From the NCBI GenBank assembly GCA_040376625.1, contig JBEIQG010000001.1, positions 3,079 to 67,078 on the forward strand: DNA of 64,000 nt. The letters are read 5' to 3'. Origin of the DNA: Nitrospira sp. (lineage in GTDB: Bacteria; Nitrospirota; Nitrospiria; Nitrospirales; Nitrospiraceae). The position numbers and the translations under genes are program-made. The notes beneath the pieces are model-generated. The model saw only the letters and a program-made list of their open reading frames with translations, made no database searches and was not told the origin of the DNA. This document shows, piece by piece, positions 17,358-26,829 of the stretch. The number at the start of each line of letters is the position of its first letter. The stretch's first letter is position 1.

Positions 17358-18677
17358 TTAGGCGGCCGGATTCTTGGTGGGACGACCGACCGAGACGTGG
17401 CGGAATCCGAAGCCGACCACGCGGTCTGATTCATAGGTATTGCGGAGATCCAGCAGGAGCGGTTGCCGCATGGACTTCTTCAGCCGATCGAAGTCTAGAT
17501 TTCTGAACTGGTTCCACTCGGTCATGATGATCAAGCCGTCGGCGTTTTCTGCGACGTCGTAGGTATCCTGGCAGGGCACCATCCCCGGCAGAAGTTTCGT
17601 CGATTCTTCCATCGAAGCCGGGTCGTAGGCGCGGATCGTCGCCCCTTCCTTCATCAGTTCGCTCAAGATGGTCAGTGACGGCGCTTCACGCATATCATTA
17701 GTGTTGGGTTTAAACGACAAGCCCAACACGCCGAGCGTTTTCCCCTTCACGCCGCCGCAGGCCTCTTTCACCTTCTCGACCATCCGCAGATGTTGTTCAT
17801 AGTTCACTTTGGCCGCGGCTCCTGCAATCTGGAACGGGTACCCCACACGCTCGCCGGTCTGCACGAGTGCTGCCAAGTCTTTTGGGAAACAGGAGCCGCC
17901 GAATCCCGGTCCCGCGTGCAGAAATTTGTTCCCGATTCGATTGTCCAGGCCCATTCCTTTGGAGACCATCTGCACGTCGGCGCCCACCTTTTCGCAGACG
18001 GTGGCGATTTCGTTGATGAAGGAAATCTTGACGGCGAGGAACGCATTGGAGGCGTACTTGATCATCTCAGCCGTAGGAATGTCGGTTACGACAATCGGGG
18101 TTTCCAGCAAGTACAGCGGACGATAGAGGTCTTTCATGATCGCGACCGCCTGCTCACTATCGGCGCCGATCACGACGCGGTTAGGACGCATAAAGTCTTC
18201 AATAGCGGATCCTTCGCGGAGGAATTCCGGATTGGAGACGATGTCGAAACGGAATCGGCCGGTTTGGTTGGCCTTGATGACTTCACGCAATTTTTCGCCG
18301 GTGCCGACAGGGACGGTGGACTTCGTGACGATGACCTTATAGCCGGTCATGTTTTTGGCGATGCCGCGTCCCACCTCTTCGACATAAGACAGATCGGCTG
18401 AGCCGTCCGATTTCGGGGGCGTACCCACGGCAATGAAGATGACCAGCGCTTTATCGACGGCCTTGGCGACATCAGTAGTGAAATGAAGGCGGTCTTCCTT
18501 GATGCCTTTGGCGACGAGTTCGGTGATGCCGGGTTCGAAAAACGGCACTTCACCCTTCTGGAGTCTGGCGATGCGGCGCGCATCCGTATCCATACAGGTG
18601 ACGTTGACGCCGAATTCCGCGAAGCAGGCACCGGTGACTAAGCCGACATAGCCCGTTCCAATTACGCTGATATGCAT
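17358..18677 (-). CDS. ugd: UDP-glucose 6-dehydrogenase
   Basis: GTGYVG, KSTVP, SNPEFLREG, GFGGSCFPKD, FKPNT.D.RE; AGGAGG RBS. Confidence 0.96.
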   Translation of the reverse strand: MHISVIGTGYVGLVTGACFAEFGVNVTCMDTDARRIARLQKGEVPFFEPGITELVAKGIKEDRLHFTTDVAKAVDKALVIFIAVGTPPKSDGSADLSYVEEVGRGIAKNMTGYKVIVTKSTVPVGTGEKLREVIKANQTGRFRFDIVSNPEFLREGSAIEDFMRPNRVVIGADSEQAVAIMKDLYRPLYLLETPIVVTDIPTAEMIKYASNAFLAVKISFINEIATVCEKVGADVQMVSKGMGLDNRIGNKFLHAGPGFGGSCFPKDLAALVQTGERVGYPFQIAGAAAKVNYEQHLRMVEKVKEACGGVKGKTLGVLGLSFKPNTNDMREAPSLTILSELMKEGATIRAYDPASMEESTKLLPGMVPCQDTYDVAENADGLIIMTEWNQFRNLDFDRLKKSMRQPLLLDLRNTYESDRVVGFGFRHVSVGRPTKNPAA

Positions 18678-18863
18678 GGAAGCATCTCCTCCTGAAGACA
18701 AGCGTAGAAACTGTGGGTAAGTACGTGTGTAGAGTCGGTAGTATAGCAACGCGTACGAAAGTGAGCAAACATAAGCCGGGTTTTAGCGGCGCGGAAGGGG
18801 CGAATTGCAGATTGCCGCGCACATCCAGTAGAATTCGGCCCTCTTCGAAGGAGAGGCTGGCGA

Positions 18864-19274
18864 ATGGCAGGTTCAGGCGGGCCCATCCAACGGCCGTTAG
18901 CGATGATGATGCGTCCCATCTCCAGGACCGTCCATCCCGATGACACGTTGTTGTCGGTGGCCAGGCAGCTGCGCGACGCCCGCGTCGGGGCGATGCTGGT
19001 CGCCGATCAGGATGACTATGTGGGGATTGTCAGTGAGGCCGATCTCGTTCGAAAGGCCATGGCCAGCGGAGCGGCCGCAGAACAGATCCTGGCCCGGTCA
19101 GTGATGAGCACCCCGATCATGACGATCGATATCGCCCAATCCGCGCATGAGGCGAGCGATGTGATGGCGGAGCGGGGAATCCGGCATCTTGTGGTCACAG
19201 AAGAGGGGCGCGTGGTGGGGATGATTTCGGTGCGTGATCTGCTTCGCTACTTCAAGAATTGGGGGACGCTCTAA
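18864..19274 (+). CDS. CBS-pair domain protein
   Basis: VGIVSEADL and IRHLVV...VGMISVRDL. Confidence 0.9.
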   Translation: MAGSGGPIQRPLAMMMRPISRTVHPDDTLLSVARQLRDARVGAMLVADQDDYVGIVSEADLVRKAMASGAAAEQILARSVMSTPIMTIDIAQSAHEASDVMAERGIRHLVVTEEGRVVGMISVRDLLRYFKNWGTL

Positions 19275-19340
19275 TATGGCGTGCCTCTTTTCAGAGCGTC
19301 ACTCTTTTGCGTCCAGCCTTTCTATGGTCCTGTGTTGAAG

Positions 19341-20912
19341 ATGGCACAGGCACCTTTCGCCTCTCGCATCCCACGTGTATTTCTGCTCATCACGGCGCTC
19401 GTAACCGGTGCCATCGTCATGGCGCTGGAAATTCTAGGAAGCCGTTTGCTGGCTCCGGTGTTCGGGAACTCGCTGTTTGTCTGGGGGGCTTTGATCGGTA
19501 TTATCCTGGCGGCCATGAGTTCAGGGTATGCGTTCGGCGGTTGGGCCTCGGATCGGTATCGTGTCGCGGCGGTGCTGGCCTGGCTCCTACTCGGTTCCGG
19601 CGCCTGGACGTTGCTGATGTCCTGGATGGGGCAGGTTGCCATTTTTAAGGTTGCCACGCTTGTCGAGGACCCGCGGTGGGGCCCCAGTCTTGCGGCCTGT
19701 GTGTTATTGGCCCCTCCGGCATTCGGCTTGAGCGGCGTCATGCCGGCATTGCTTCGGTTGGCCGTGGTCGATATGGGGTATCTCGGCCGCCATACCGGGA
19801 GCATGATTGCGCTGTCCACCGTCGGGAGTCTGGCCGGGACCTGGGGTACGGCGTTCTTCCTTCTCTCCTGGCTGGGAACCCAGACGCTCGTCGCTTCACT
19901 GGGTCTCCTCCAGATCTTGTTGGGTTTGTTGTGGTTACGGCAGGGGAGCGGAAAGGTCGCGAAAGTGACGGGTTTGTTGCTGGCCGGTCTGCTTATTTTG
20001 AGTTGGCAATTGTTCGGGCGAGCGGCTCCCGTTGCCGGGCTGGTGTACCAGGAGGATAGTCCTTATCAGCAAGTGCGCGTTCGTGACGACGATCTGTTTC
20101 GCTATCTGGTCCTCGACCGCACCTGGCATGCGGTCATGTGGCGGTCAGATCCTGCTACGCTATTTCTACCCTATAGCCAACTCATGGTTGCAGCAGTCGC
20201 ATTGGCCCCGGAGCCAAAGCGCGGACTCATATTGGGACATGGTGGTGGATCGCTCGCCAAGTGGTTGGCCCAAGTGTGGCCGGAGTTGGAGCTGGATGTC
20301 GTCGAGTTTGACCCGGTCGTCGTTCGGATGGCCGAGGAATACTTCGAGTATCACCCTCCCGCCAATCATCATGTGTTCGTCAAAGATGCCCGAGTATTTC
20401 TGCGGGATACGACAGTGACTTATGACGTTATCTGGGTCGATGCGTTTGCCCGACATCTCATTCCGTTTCATTTGACGACGGTTGAGTTTTTCTCAGAACT
20501 CAGGAATCGATTAAATCCCAATGGCGTGCTGGCCCTCAATCTGGCGTCATCCGGTGAGGGAGGAGATCTTCAACGTGCAAGTGCGGTCGTGCAGACATTA
20601 AAGACGTCGTTTCCCACGCTTGAGTCCTTTGGGGTGAAGGGGCCTTGGCGGGCGCATCAAACCACGGCAGAGAATCTGATCTTTTTCGGCGGCGGTCCGA
20701 TCGACACGACTCCATATGATGACGTCGTGAAACGTATCCAATCGCAAGTCGAGACCCGCCGGTTGCCCCCCGAGGCGGCCACTTTGCTGGCGGCGCGCCG
20801 CACCCAGCCCTGGTCGCCTGGCCTGACCTTGACCGACGACTATACGCCCTACGATTTGCTGATCGGGTCGCATGCGGTAGAAATGTCGCCGGATGGAAAA
20901 GCTTTGCCGTAA
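19341..20912 (+). CDS. Membrane-fused spermidine-synthase-like SAM-binding protein
   Basis: N-terminal TM helices (MALEILGSRLLAP.FG); LILGHGGGS, VEFDP, DVIWVDAF, LTDDY. Confidence 0.88.
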   Translation: MAQAPFASRIPRVFLLITALVTGAIVMALEILGSRLLAPVFGNSLFVWGALIGIILAAMSSGYAFGGWASDRYRVAAVLAWLLLGSGAWTLLMSWMGQVAIFKVATLVEDPRWGPSLAACVLLAPPAFGLSGVMPALLRLAVVDMGYLGRHTGSMIALSTVGSLAGTWGTAFFLLSWLGTQTLVASLGLLQILLGLLWLRQGSGKVAKVTGLLLAGLLILSWQLFGRAAPVAGLVYQEDSPYQQVRVRDDDLFRYLVLDRTWHAVMWRSDPATLFLPYSQLMVAAVALAPEPKRGLILGHGGGSLAKWLAQVWPELELDVVEFDPVVVRMAEEYFEYHPPANHHVFVKDARVFLRDTTVTYDVIWVDAFARHLIPFHLTTVEFFSELRNRLNPNGVLALNLASSGEGGDLQRASAVVQTLKTSFPTLESFGVKGPWRAHQTTAENLIFFGGGPIDTTPYDDVVKRIQSQVETRRLPPEAATLLAARRTQPWSPGLTLTDDYTPYDLLIGSHAVEMSPDGKALP

Positions 20913-21006
20913 ACATAGGAAATTATGAATGGAATGAAGCCTTTTGAGTCTTTGGTCCCCAAGACATTTCCTGGGTCACCGGTTCGCTGCATATCCAAGA
21001 ACTTTC

Positions 21007-21036
21007 TTGCTTCCTTTTTAATCCCTATGCTATAAG
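21007..21036 (+). promoter_or_regulatory. Putative sigma70 promoter
   Basis: TTGCTT-18-TATAAG with extended TG, in an AT-rich gap. Confidence 0.55.
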
Positions 21037-21185
21037 GTGTCCCTCATCAGCCTATTATTTAGGACATTTTCGAGTAGTGGAGGCTAGGCTCCTGGGCGGA
21101 GTGTCTAGCAGAGGGTTCAGAGCGCGGTGGTCATTATTCACCAACCTAATCGCATCTCTTCTTAATCTCTTTAAGGAGGTAGGTC

Positions 21186-21665
21186 ATGGGTAAGACGATG
21201 GTAGCAGTGTTTTTTGGCCTGGTCATGCTGGTGGCTGGGGCATCAGGCGCATATGCGCTTCAAGCCGGCGGTGTCGAGATCGGTGATTTGGATACCGGAT
21301 CTGTTGTCGGTCAGCCGTTTAAAGAACTGGTCGTCGATGCGGAGTTGTTCGCGGTGGAAATCGGGAGCCTAAAGGCCTGGTATCCGCCGGTCACCGTGAT
21401 CGATTTCAAGGTTCGGCCGGGCCGTCCAGTGGTCTTGAAAGTCACGAATAGCTCCGCGAGTGAGCATGGGTTCCAGATGACCGATGCCACGAACTCCGGT
21501 TCACCGTTTGTGATGAAGGCTGAAGTGGTATTGAAGCCAGGAGAAACCAAGTACATCGGTGTTCCCACCAGTGACATGTTTTATGCCACCCAGGGTAACA
21601 CGTTGACCTATCGCTGCCATTTGCATCCGGCCCACGTCGGTGGCAAGATTTTGATGATCAAGTAG
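21186..21665 (+). CDS. Exported cupredoxin-like protein
   Basis: TAAGGAGGT RBS; signal peptide (AYA); VTN....HGF, LKPGETK, YRCHLHPAHVGG. Confidence 0.8.
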   Translation: MGKTMVAVFFGLVMLVAGASGAYALQAGGVEIGDLDTGSVVGQPFKELVVDAELFAVEIGSLKAWYPPVTVIDFKVRPGRPVVLKVTNSSASEHGFQMTDATNSGSPFVMKAEVVLKPGETKYIGVPTSDMFYATQGNTLTYRCHLHPAHVGGKILMIK

Positions 21666-21687
21666 TCGACGTCTTAAGCACAGAGTG

Positions 21688-21726
21688 CAACGCCCCATCT
21701 GCAGTGATGCAGATGGGGCGTTGTTG
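21688..21726. terminator. Intrinsic terminator hairpin between convergent genes
   Basis: Perfect 16-bp stem CAACGCCCCATCTGCA-GTGA-TGCAGATGGGGCGTTG. Confidence 0.8.
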
Positions 21727-21768
21727 TATCAAGTGCATCGCCCACTGGTATCGCGAAATGTGTCCTCC

Positions 21769-22104
21769 CTAGGCGTCCTGCTCCTTTTGACATTCCGCTT
21801 CAGCGTCCAGGGGAATATTCTGAATGCCTCTGAGTCTCCCGTCTACAATGAGTAGCAAAAAACGGCTTGCTGTGGGGACATCCTGCCGCCGCTCGGTGAC
21901 AATTGCGTTCATGTCCACGATCATTTCATCGCCGTCCCATTGGGTGTCATTGACGATCCAGAAGTGATTGGCTGCATCCGGAAACTGTTTTGTTACGAAG
22001 CTTTCGATGATGGTTCCGATGTCTCCGGTGTCGGCCATGGTTTGGACGGGGAGCAGGGCAAGCCCGAGGATGACGAATAAGGTGAGGCGACGTACGCGTG
22101 TCAT
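21769..22104 (-). CDS. Hypothetical exported protein
   Basis: GGAGG RBS; signal peptide MTRVRRLTLFVILGLALLPVQTMA. Confidence 0.7.
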   Translation of the reverse strand: MTRVRRLTLFVILGLALLPVQTMADTGDIGTIIESFVTKQFPDAANHFWIVNDTQWDGDEMIVDMNAIVTERRQDVPTASRFLLLIVDGRLRGIQNIPLDAEAECQKEQDA

Positions 22105-22252
22105 GAGCACCTCCCGCTGAGAGGTTGGCGAATGAGCGGGTTGCAGCAGGCCTTGAGGGTGTGGGGGCCGCGCAGGCCGCAACTATCTTAAAGTCTACAG
22201 CCGTAGGCCAGTGAAAGCCAGGGAGTTAGCTGTTTATGTAGGGCAGAAACGC

Positions 22253-22276
22253 CGAAGGCTCCCGGAGGAGCCTTCG
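22253..22276 (-). terminator. Hairpin downstream of the ferredoxin gene
   Basis: CGAAGGCTCC-CGGA-GGAGCCTTCG, 10-bp stem, short U tract. Confidence 0.55.
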
Positions 22277-22307
22277 AGGAGTCACCTATAGGAGAATGAC
22301 GTACCGA

Positions 22308-22655
22308 CTAGTTTCGAACTCCGCTCCACACCTTGGCCGGATCAATTTCCTTATCAGGATTCAAGGTCTTGGCCTTCTCCAGCAATACCTCGGTTGCTTC
22401 GGGGTAGGCAGGATCGGCAATGCAGCAATTGTCTACCGGGCAGACCGCCGCGCACTGAGGCTCGTCAAAGTGCCCGACGCATTCGGTGCAACGATCATGG
22501 GTGATGACATAAATGTTGTCACCGACTCCCTGACCGTCGCCGACGTGGTTACCCTTCCCTTCAGCGTCGCTGCGGGTTTCAAAGATCGCTTCATTGGGAC
22601 ATTCTGGCAGGCATGCCCCGCAGGAAATACACTCATCGGTGATCAGAAGCGCCAT
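22308..22655 (-). CDS. 2x[4Fe-4S] ferredoxin, YfhL-like
   Basis: CISCGACLPECP and CTECVGHFDEPQCAAVCP. Confidence 0.95.
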   Translation of the reverse strand: MALLITDECISCGACLPECPNEAIFETRSDAEGKGNHVGDGQGVGDNIYVITHDRCTECVGHFDEPQCAAVCPVDNCCIADPAYPEATEVLLEKAKTLNPDKEIDPAKVWSGVRN

Positions 22656-22748
22656 GGCCTGTGCCTCCTTCTCAGTTCCTTTAATGACGGATAAGATGTT
22701 GACAATTTCGTGCCGTCGCGACCATAGTTCGCGGCGAAACAGGTCCGC

Positions 22749-22778
22749 ATTCTATGCTGCGGTTCTTCGGCAAGTCAA
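22749..22778 (-). promoter_or_regulatory. Putative sigma70 promoter for the ferredoxin gene
   Basis: TTGACT-18-TAGAAT on the minus strand. Confidence 0.55.
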
Positions 22779-22902
22779 CAGAGTGAGGCTCGGGAAGAAG
22801 GCCTAGCACTCGGAAAGTCATGGGGCTTTGGGCCCAATGTACATGCGGCTCTGCGCGTGTGCGATCACATGAGGATGCATCCATGTTCGACCGCATTTGG
22901 TT

Positions 22903-23400
22903 ATGGTAAAGCGCGCGAGTGCAGCTGAGTCAGAGCAGCGGCGCAAGAAAATTATCACGTTCGTCCTGTTGGTTATTTTATTGGTCAGCGTGAGCCTGTT
23001 TCTCGGGGGACCGAAGGAATCTGAGCTCATCATCGTGGAATTTCCCAACGGAAAGACGATGGAAACGGAAGTGGCCAGCACCCCAGAGAAATTGCTGTTC
23101 GGTCTGGCGTTTCGAGAAGGATTGCCAGCCGATACGGGGATGCTTTATATCTTTGAGTCGACGGGTTTGCATCGCGTTCAGACTCGGCAGTTTCGCATCG
23201 CCGTCGATATGGTGTGGATTGATGAGAGTCACCACGTGGTCCACATTCTGGAGCAGGTGCCGCCCTGTGAGAAGGATCCGTGTCCGCTCTACGGGCCTCC
23301 GCCTGAGCCGGTTCGCTACCTCATCGAGGCCGAAGCGGGCTCTGTCCAGCGCACAGGGATCACGCCGGGGATGGAGCTCAAGTTTACGCTTCGTATGTAA
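22903..23400 (+). CDS. DUF192 family membrane-anchored protein
   Basis: EVASTP....GL.FRE.LP...GMLYIF, DMVWID, PPC..DPCP.Y, RYLIE. Confidence 0.88.
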   Translation: MVKRASAAESEQRRKKIITFVLLVILLVSVSLFLGGPKESELIIVEFPNGKTMETEVASTPEKLLFGLAFREGLPADTGMLYIFESTGLHRVQTRQFRIAVDMVWIDESHHVVHILEQVPPCEKDPCPLYGPPPEPVRYLIEAEAGSVQRTGITPGMELKFTLRM

Positions 23401-23416
23401 GGAATCGGAGTCATTT

Positions 23417-23734
23417 ATGGAAGGGTTTCAGTGCGTGGCCAAGGTCGAAGAGATTCCTCCGGGGCAGGTCAAGGTTGTGAAGGTCAACGAACGGGCCATT
23501 GCTGTATTCAATATCGACGGCCAATTTCACGCGATCTATAATTCCTGTCCTCATGAGGGCGGACCTTTAAATAAGGGCCGGGTGAAGGGGCATGTTGTTT
23601 CCTGTCCCTGGCATGACCTGGCATTCGACGTCCGCAATGGGCAGGGCACCGATGGTGGTGGCTATTGTGTCGGGAGTTACGATGTTCGGGTGGAAGGCGG
23701 GCAGGTGTTCGTCGGGGGGCGGCGCAAGGTCTAG
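23417..23734 (+). CDS. Rieske [2Fe-2S] ferredoxin
   Basis: CPHEGGPL...CPWH..FD. Confidence 0.92.
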   Translation: MEGFQCVAKVEEIPPGQVKVVKVNERAIAVFNIDGQFHAIYNSCPHEGGPLNKGRVKGHVVSCPWHDLAFDVRNGQGTDGGGYCVGSYDVRVEGGQVFVGGRRKV

Positions 23735-23772
23735 CCGGGCAAGTGATTGCCTCGGAGCAGCGCGAGAATACT

Positions 23773-24105
23773 ATGAGTCCATTAAGTAAGGCAGTTCCCA
23801 CCGGTGCAGAGCAGGAGCCGGGCGCCAAGACGCTCAAGGCGAGAGTGGGGGCATCAGTTCACATTCGGCTATGGGAAGATCGCACCCGGGGGGAATTATG
23901 GGTGCCGTCCTATGACGCTACCGTCATGCCTCTGGTTGAGGACGATTTTCTTCGCACTGCCAGTAATAATGCGGTCGACGCGGGGCAGCGTACGTTCGAA
24001 TTCAGGCCCGTGGCAGCCGGCACTCACCGGTTGGTGTTTGAAAAGCGAATGGGGTGGAAGTTCACGGCCGAGGACCGGCAGGTTTTTTACGTGACCGTGT
24101 CCTGA
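23773..24105 (+). CDS. Chagasin/I42-inhibitor-like Ig-fold protein
   Basis: VG.SV.IRL.E..T.G..W, G.RTFEF.P..AGT..L.F..R..W pattern. Confidence 0.65.
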   Translation: MSPLSKAVPTGAEQEPGAKTLKARVGASVHIRLWEDRTRGELWVPSYDATVMPLVEDDFLRTASNNAVDAGQRTFEFRPVAAGTHRLVFEKRMGWKFTAEDRQVFYVTVS

Positions 24106-24135
24106 GGCTCAAGTGCTGCTGCTGAGGAATGGGTC

Positions 24136-24975
24136 ATGCCCGACATTGCTTATGTGAATGGTGGTTTTGTTCCGCTGGCAGATGCGGTCGTCAGTATTGA
24201 GGATCGGGGCTTTCAGTTCGGTGACGGGGTCTACGAAGTCATTCGGACCTATCGTGGCCAGCCCTTTGCCATAGAAGAACACCTGGCTCGATTGGAACGG
24301 AGTGCTCGGGCGCTGCAACTCCCAATAGGGCAGGCAAAGGATCAGTGGAGTTCCTTGATTCGAGAAGGCCTGCGGCTGAGCGAATTCCCTGAAACCAAGA
24401 TTTATCTCCAGATCACTCGAGGGCGGGCCCCCCGCGACCATCCATTCCCGGTATCGTCCGTCCCCACGACGGTTCTGACCTTTCGCGAATTCCACCCGCT
24501 GGATGTCTCCGTCCGCAACGCCGGGGTTCAGGCTATGTCGTTCGAGGACATCCGATGGGGGCGCTGTGACATCAAGAGCGTCAACCTTCTGGCCAACGTC
24601 CTGGCGCGGCAGCGGGCCAAGGAAGCGGGTGTGTTTGAAGCGATCCTGGTCCGGGAGGGGGCGATCACGGAGGGGTCGGTCAGTAATGTCATGGTAGTGC
24701 GGAACGGCACCGTTCAGACGGCGCCGGAAGGGCACAGGATTCTATCCGGCGTAACGCGCGCGATTGTCCTGGAGCTGGCGCGAAAAGAAGGTATTCCTGT
24801 GGCAGAATCGTTCGTCACCCGAGAAGAGTTGCTCACGGCATCTGAGGTATTTCTGACAGGAACGACTGTGGAGATATTGCCCGTGGTGCGTGTTGACGGA
24901 TATGCGATTGGTGGCGGATCGCCGGGTCCTATTTCTCAGTTGTTGTCTCGCCGTTTTGACACACTGGTCGGCTAG
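24136..24975 (+). CDS. dat: D-amino-acid aminotransferase (class IV PLP enzyme)
   Basis: EDRGFQFGDGVYE, RW.RCDIKS.NLL, EGS.SN, ILSGVTR. Confidence 0.88.
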   Translation: MPDIAYVNGGFVPLADAVVSIEDRGFQFGDGVYEVIRTYRGQPFAIEEHLARLERSARALQLPIGQAKDQWSSLIREGLRLSEFPETKIYLQITRGRAPRDHPFPVSSVPTTVLTFREFHPLDVSVRNAGVQAMSFEDIRWGRCDIKSVNLLANVLARQRAKEAGVFEAILVREGAITEGSVSNVMVVRNGTVQTAPEGHRILSGVTRAIVLELARKEGIPVAESFVTREELLTASEVFLTGTTVEILPVVRVDGYAIGGGSPGPISQLLSRRFDTLVG

Positions 24976-25022
24976 CCGCCCCTTGCTTTCACTGCTTTGG
25001 CATGGTAAGGTTCTCGCGCTGT

Positions 25023-25050
25023 AAGTGGGCCAAGGCCCACTTTTTTGTTT
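25023..25050 (+). promoter_or_regulatory. rimP leader hairpin (terminator-like)
   Basis: AAGTGGGC-CAAG-GCCCACTT followed by a T tract just upstream of rimP; matches the known conserved GGGC/GCCC rimP leader. Confidence 0.75.
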
Positions 25051-25065
25051 GAGCAACTTTTTTCT

Positions 25066-25584
25066 ATGAGTGACGCGGGAGCAGTGTCGGCAGGGAAGCC
25101 GTCGGTGAAACGCGCTGAGGCGCTGAACCTTCGTATCCAAGAAATTGCCGCTCCTATTTTGCAATCACATGGTCTGGAATTGGTCGAGGCCGTCTGCGTC
25201 GGCCAAGGGCCTCGGACAGTGATTCGTGTTTTTATCGACAAGCCCGGGGGGATCACCCTGACAGATTGTGAGCAGGCGCATCGCTCGTTGAGCCCGGCGC
25301 TCGATGTAATTGATCCATTCCCGCATGCCTATACACTGGAAATCTCGTCTCCTGGGCTGGATCGTCCCTTGCGGAGCGTGCAAGACTATCGGCGTCTGAT
25401 CGGAAAGCCGATCACGCTCAAATTGCGCGAACCGATTCAGACGCAGTGGCGACTTGTTGGCGCAGTGGTTGACGTGGATGATCGGGGGGTGACCTTGGCC
25501 ATTCAGCAGAAGAAAGCCACGGAGACAATGCGAGTTGAATTTGATCAAATCGCTCTGGCGCGGCGGAAGGTGGAGTTCTCGTAG
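25066..25584 (+). CDS. rimP: Ribosome maturation factor RimP
   Basis: RVFIDKPGGI...DC, YTLEISSPGLDRPL; upstream of nusA. Confidence 0.95.
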   Translation: MSDAGAVSAGKPSVKRAEALNLRIQEIAAPILQSHGLELVEAVCVGQGPRTVIRVFIDKPGGITLTDCEQAHRSLSPALDVIDPFPHAYTLEISSPGLDRPLRSVQDYRRLIGKPITLKLREPIQTQWRLVGAVVDVDDRGVTLAIQQKKATETMRVEFDQIALARRKVEFS

Positions 25585-25626
25585 CAGCAGGTGCCGGGGT
25601 GGTGTGTTAACCATGAGGTGTGAGCT

Positions 25627-26766
25627 ATGAATCGAGAGTTGATCGCCGTCATCGATGAAATCGGCCGTCAAAAGGGGATCGATAAGGCCAGAGTGATCGG
25701 CGCGATCGAGTCAGCACTTCAAACTGCTGCCAAGAAACGATTCGGCCAAGCCGAAAATATCCAAGTGGAAATCGATCCGAAGACCGGCGAAATCTCGGTC
25801 GTTTCAAAGAAAATCATTGTCGATACGGTGGCCAATCCGAAAGCGGAGATCTCTCTGAAGGAAGCGCGTGAATATGACGAAGGCGCGGAGGTTGGTGATG
25901 AGATCGGCTCTCTGATCGAAATGGACGAGCTAGGTCGAATTGCGGCGCAAACGGCGAAGCAGGTCATCTTTCAGAAGGTGCGCGAGGCAGAGTGGGAAGC
26001 AGTTCAGAAGGAGTACTCGACTCGTCAGGGCGATTTGGTGAACGGCATTATTCTCGGCATGGAGCGCCGAAACTTTTTGGTCGATCTCGGCAAGACCGAA
26101 GCCATTCTCCCCATTCAGGAGCAGATCCCGCGCGAAACCTATCGGCGTGGAGATCGGGTGAAGGCCCTGCTCTTGGAGGTGCGTCGCACACCCAAGGACG
26201 TGCAGGTCATTCTTTCCCGCAGCCACCCGCAGTTTGTGGCGAAGATGTTTGAGCTTGAAGTGCCGGAAGTTGGCGAAAAGATCGTCGAAATCAAGTCGAT
26301 CGTGCGTGAGCCCGGCGATCGTACCAAGATTGCGGTCTCCTCGAGGGACAAGGCTGTCGACCCGGTAGGGGCCTGCGTTGGCATCAAGGGATCGCGTGTG
26401 CAGGCTGTGGTTCGTGAGTTACGCGGGGAAAAGATCGACATTATTACATGGACACAGGATCCGCGTGTCTTTATCGCCGAGGCGCTGAATCCCGCCACGA
26501 TCGAGAAGGTCGGGATCGACGAAGAAAAGAAATCGGCCCTGGTGGTGGTGGCCGATTCGCAGCTATCCTTGGCGATCGGGAAGAACGGGCAAAATGTGCG
26601 ACTCGCCGCGCGCTTGACCGGATGGAAGATTGATATCATCAGCGCAACTGAATACGAGAAAGAAAAGGCGGAACGGGATCGGGATATCAAGGCGGCCCTG
26701 GCAGAGGAAACCGAGGCGCAGCGCCAGCAGGATGAAGCGCGGGCTGCCGCACAACAGGCTGAGTGA
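25627..26766 (+). CDS. nusA: Transcription factor NusA
   Basis: GRIAAQTAKQ, REPG.R.KIAV, DPVGAC.G, LSLAIGK.GQNVRLA. Confidence 0.98.
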   Translation: MNRELIAVIDEIGRQKGIDKARVIGAIESALQTAAKKRFGQAENIQVEIDPKTGEISVVSKKIIVDTVANPKAEISLKEAREYDEGAEVGDEIGSLIEMDELGRIAAQTAKQVIFQKVREAEWEAVQKEYSTRQGDLVNGIILGMERRNFLVDLGKTEAILPIQEQIPRETYRRGDRVKALLLEVRRTPKDVQVILSRSHPQFVAKMFELEVPEVGEKIVEIKSIVREPGDRTKIAVSSRDKAVDPVGACVGIKGSRVQAVVRELRGEKIDIITWTQDPRVFIAEALNPATIEKVGIDEEKKSALVVVADSQLSLAIGKNGQNVRLAARLTGWKIDIISATEYEKEKAERDRDIKAALAEETEAQRQQDEARAAAQQAE

Positions 26767-26829
26767 AGCGGTTCGATATTCACGGGCTGAATGGCAATTA
26801 TTTAAGCGGGTGGAGCTGAGCGGTACTGT

